Below are positions 26,303 to 27,698 of a stretch of 27,698 bases of DNA, piece after piece. Origin of the DNA: Desulfurococcaceae archaeon (lineage in GTDB: Archaea > Thermoproteota > Thermoprotei_A > Sulfolobales > Desulfurococcaceae); NCBI GenBank assembly GCA_038816475.1, contig JAWBAI010000013.1, positions 1-27,698 on the forward strand, in the 5' to 3' direction. Every line of letters begins with the position of its first letter. Positions within the stretch are counted from its first letter, which is position 1. The position numbers were made by a program, and so were the translations under genes. The notes under the pieces were generated by a model. The model had not been told where the DNA came from. It saw only the letters and a program-made list of their open reading frames with translations, and did no database searches.

Positions 26303-26622
26303 CCGCAGAGTAGACACCTGTATACAACACGTGAGCCTTTACCTTCACTTCTTATTCTAACACTGAGTGTAATACCTGGTATTAAGGGTGCAAAGCAGCT
26401 TCTGCAGTAGCTTCTTTTATAGCTTCTCTTGAGTTTTACTTTTGCTTTCTTCGATATTTTCAACGCGATTTCAATGTATCTTCTCGCTAGCTCGTAGTCT
26501 CCTAATCTGGCTCTACTTCTCGCTAGGTTAAAGAGTATTGCTATTCTTTGTCTAGCTAAATCCTTGAGTATGTAAACTCTAGTGGACACTGTAATCATCT
26601 CCTCGTGTTGGTGTTTTAGCAA
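26248..26622 (-). CDS. rnp4: RNase P protein Rpp21 (component 4); true start likely near 26589-26598
   Basis: LARRY, KRSYCRSC, PG, VYRCLLCG..RRY. Confidence 0.93.
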   Translation of the reverse strand: MLKHQHEEMITVSTRVYILKDLARQRIAILFNLARSRARLGDYELARRYIEIALKISKKAKVKLKRSYKRSYCRSCFAPLIPGITLSVRIRSEGKGSRVVYRCLLCGWTRRYMIKNRTRKSKQE

Positions 26623-26678
26623 GATCAGCTAATTTAAGTTGCTAATTGCACTTTATTTGACTGAGTGGTGAATACTAG

Positions 26679-27368
26679 TTGAGACAGTTAATCTTGCTAC
26701 TACTGGAGGCGTCTCTAGAAACTGTTCCCTCTTCAATAGTTCATCACCCCTCTGTAGTTAAAACGGCGAAAAGGAGGTCAAAGAAGCCTTTAGAAATGCT
26801 ACTAGATGTTAGTTTACACTACCATGCAATGAGGGATCTCCCCAAGAGAGAAAAACGAGGAAGACCAGACATCGTACACGTGTCTCTTCTCGAAGCTCTT
26901 GAGAGTCCATTGTGCAAGAACAATTTGCTGAAAATAGGTGTTCACACCATTGGTGGTCACGCTATATTCGTGGACTCCTCAACTAGAATACCCAAGAACT
27001 ACAATAGGTTTGTTGGACTAATGGAGCAGTTGTTTAAGCACGGCAAGGTGCCTCCTAACGCTGAAACCCCCCTGCTGTATGTGAAGACCATTGAACTCAA
27101 GCACTTTCTAAGAGAACTTGGTGCGAGGGGTTTAATTATATTGAGAGAAGTCTGCGAGTATAAACCTTTACCTGAAATAGTAAAGCAAGCTGTTGCCGAC
27201 AAGATGGCTATAGGTATAGGAGCGTTTCCACACGGTGATTTCGAGGAGAGTACTTTGAAGGAAGCAAACTACTGCTACTCCATATACAGTAAGCCTCTTT
27301 CCACGTTAATCGTAGTATCCAGAGTAATATCATCTGCGGAGAGAACTTTCGGCTTAATGGAACTCTAG
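26679..27368 (+). CDS. nep1: 16S rRNA N1-pseudouridine methyltransferase Nep1/Emg1
   Basis: RGRPDIVH, RIPKNYNRFVGLMEQL, IGAFPHGDF. Confidence 0.96.
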   Translation: MRQLILLLLEASLETVPSSIVHHPSVVKTAKRRSKKPLEMLLDVSLHYHAMRDLPKREKRGRPDIVHVSLLEALESPLCKNNLLKIGVHTIGGHAIFVDSSTRIPKNYNRFVGLMEQLFKHGKVPPNAETPLLYVKTIELKHFLRELGARGLIILREVCEYKPLPEIVKQAVADKMAIGIGAFPHGDFEESTLKEANYCYSIYSKPLSTLIVVSRVISSAERTFGLMEL

Positions 27369-27451
27369 ACTCCCCACCCGAAACTTTCATCAATACTCTT
27401 ATAAGTAGGTTAACAACAAGAATGTAATGGAAACAAGCTGGGTGTTGTTTC

Positions 27452-27698
27452 TTGTCAAAGACTCTATACGAGCAACGAACAGCTACTGATCCTCTATTAG
27501 ACTACGCTAGCTGGAACCGTCTCGATGTAAACGAGAACGCTAACCGCTACCAGGGTCCAAGCAGCTTCTTTGCTTGGCTTTTGGACAAGTACATGGAGAA
27601 GGAGGCGTTGAGCCTGCTACCAAGCCACGTCCTGAGGGCTCACCTCGATGGTACCATCTACGTTCACAAGCTACCCTACAGCGTTTACATACCCTACT
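27452..27698 (+). CDS. nrdD: Class III anaerobic ribonucleotide reductase, 5' fragment running off the window (absent from ORF track)
   Basis: Open frame from TTG 27452: MSKTLYEQ...DVNENAN...RAHLDGTIYVHKLPYSVYIPY; ENAN and AH..G.IY.H motifs; GGGTG SD. Confidence 0.8.
   Translation, partial: MSKTLYEQRTATDPLLDYASWNRLDVNENANRYQGPSSFFAWLLDKYMEKEALSLLPSHVLRAHLDGTIYVHKLPYSVYIPY

Noticed and set aside
123-27393. Many short antisense or alternative-frame ORFs in the track (e.g. 6315-6497, 6531-7037, 10090-10524, 21597-22073)
   Set aside because: They overlap well-supported genes or tRNAs and show no motifs; shadow ORFs
27427-27489. 20-codon ATG ORF overlapping the nrdD start
   Set aside because: Short, with no SD or motif support; the GGGTG SD fits TTG 27452
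1-27698. CRISPR array, IS elements, rRNA, split or permuted tRNA
   Set aside because: No repeat-spacer periodicity, transposase, rRNA sequence or isolated tRNA half recognised

Overview
Core-genome window of a thermophilic crenarchaeon, most consistent with Desulfurococcales (rpl38e, L18ae, Spt5, intron-containing tRNAs without encoded CCA, many TTG starts). Most of it is translation and ribosome-biogenesis housekeeping: aIF2b-DUF424-nmd3-aIF1A-rio1-dim2, alaS, and the rnp4...rps19e-rpl39e-rpl31e-aIF6-rpl18a-pfdA-ftsY-secE-spt5-L11-L1-P0-P1 superoperon. There are five tRNA genes, four with 37/38 introns. The most interesting part is the first 3.3 kb, a three-gene cassette: a PolB2/Dpo2-type polymerase, an ATPase-dead RadA-like protein with a PIP-like motif, and a small MGRT-start helical protein. 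Two of these genes carry the same ATACTTTC motif exactly 48 nt before the start codon, matching the Sulfolobus ANTTTC damage element. The cassette is a candidate damage-inducible mutasome-like system. Other highlights: a half-degenerate C/D guide in the tRNA-Trp intron, three unexplained structured or repeated intergenic elements, a perfect DtxR-type palindrome before a solitary feoA, a possible AUA start for rpl12, and three genes missing from the ORF track (secE, rpl39e, 5' part of nrdD). All calls come from reading the sequence by eye; no searches were run.
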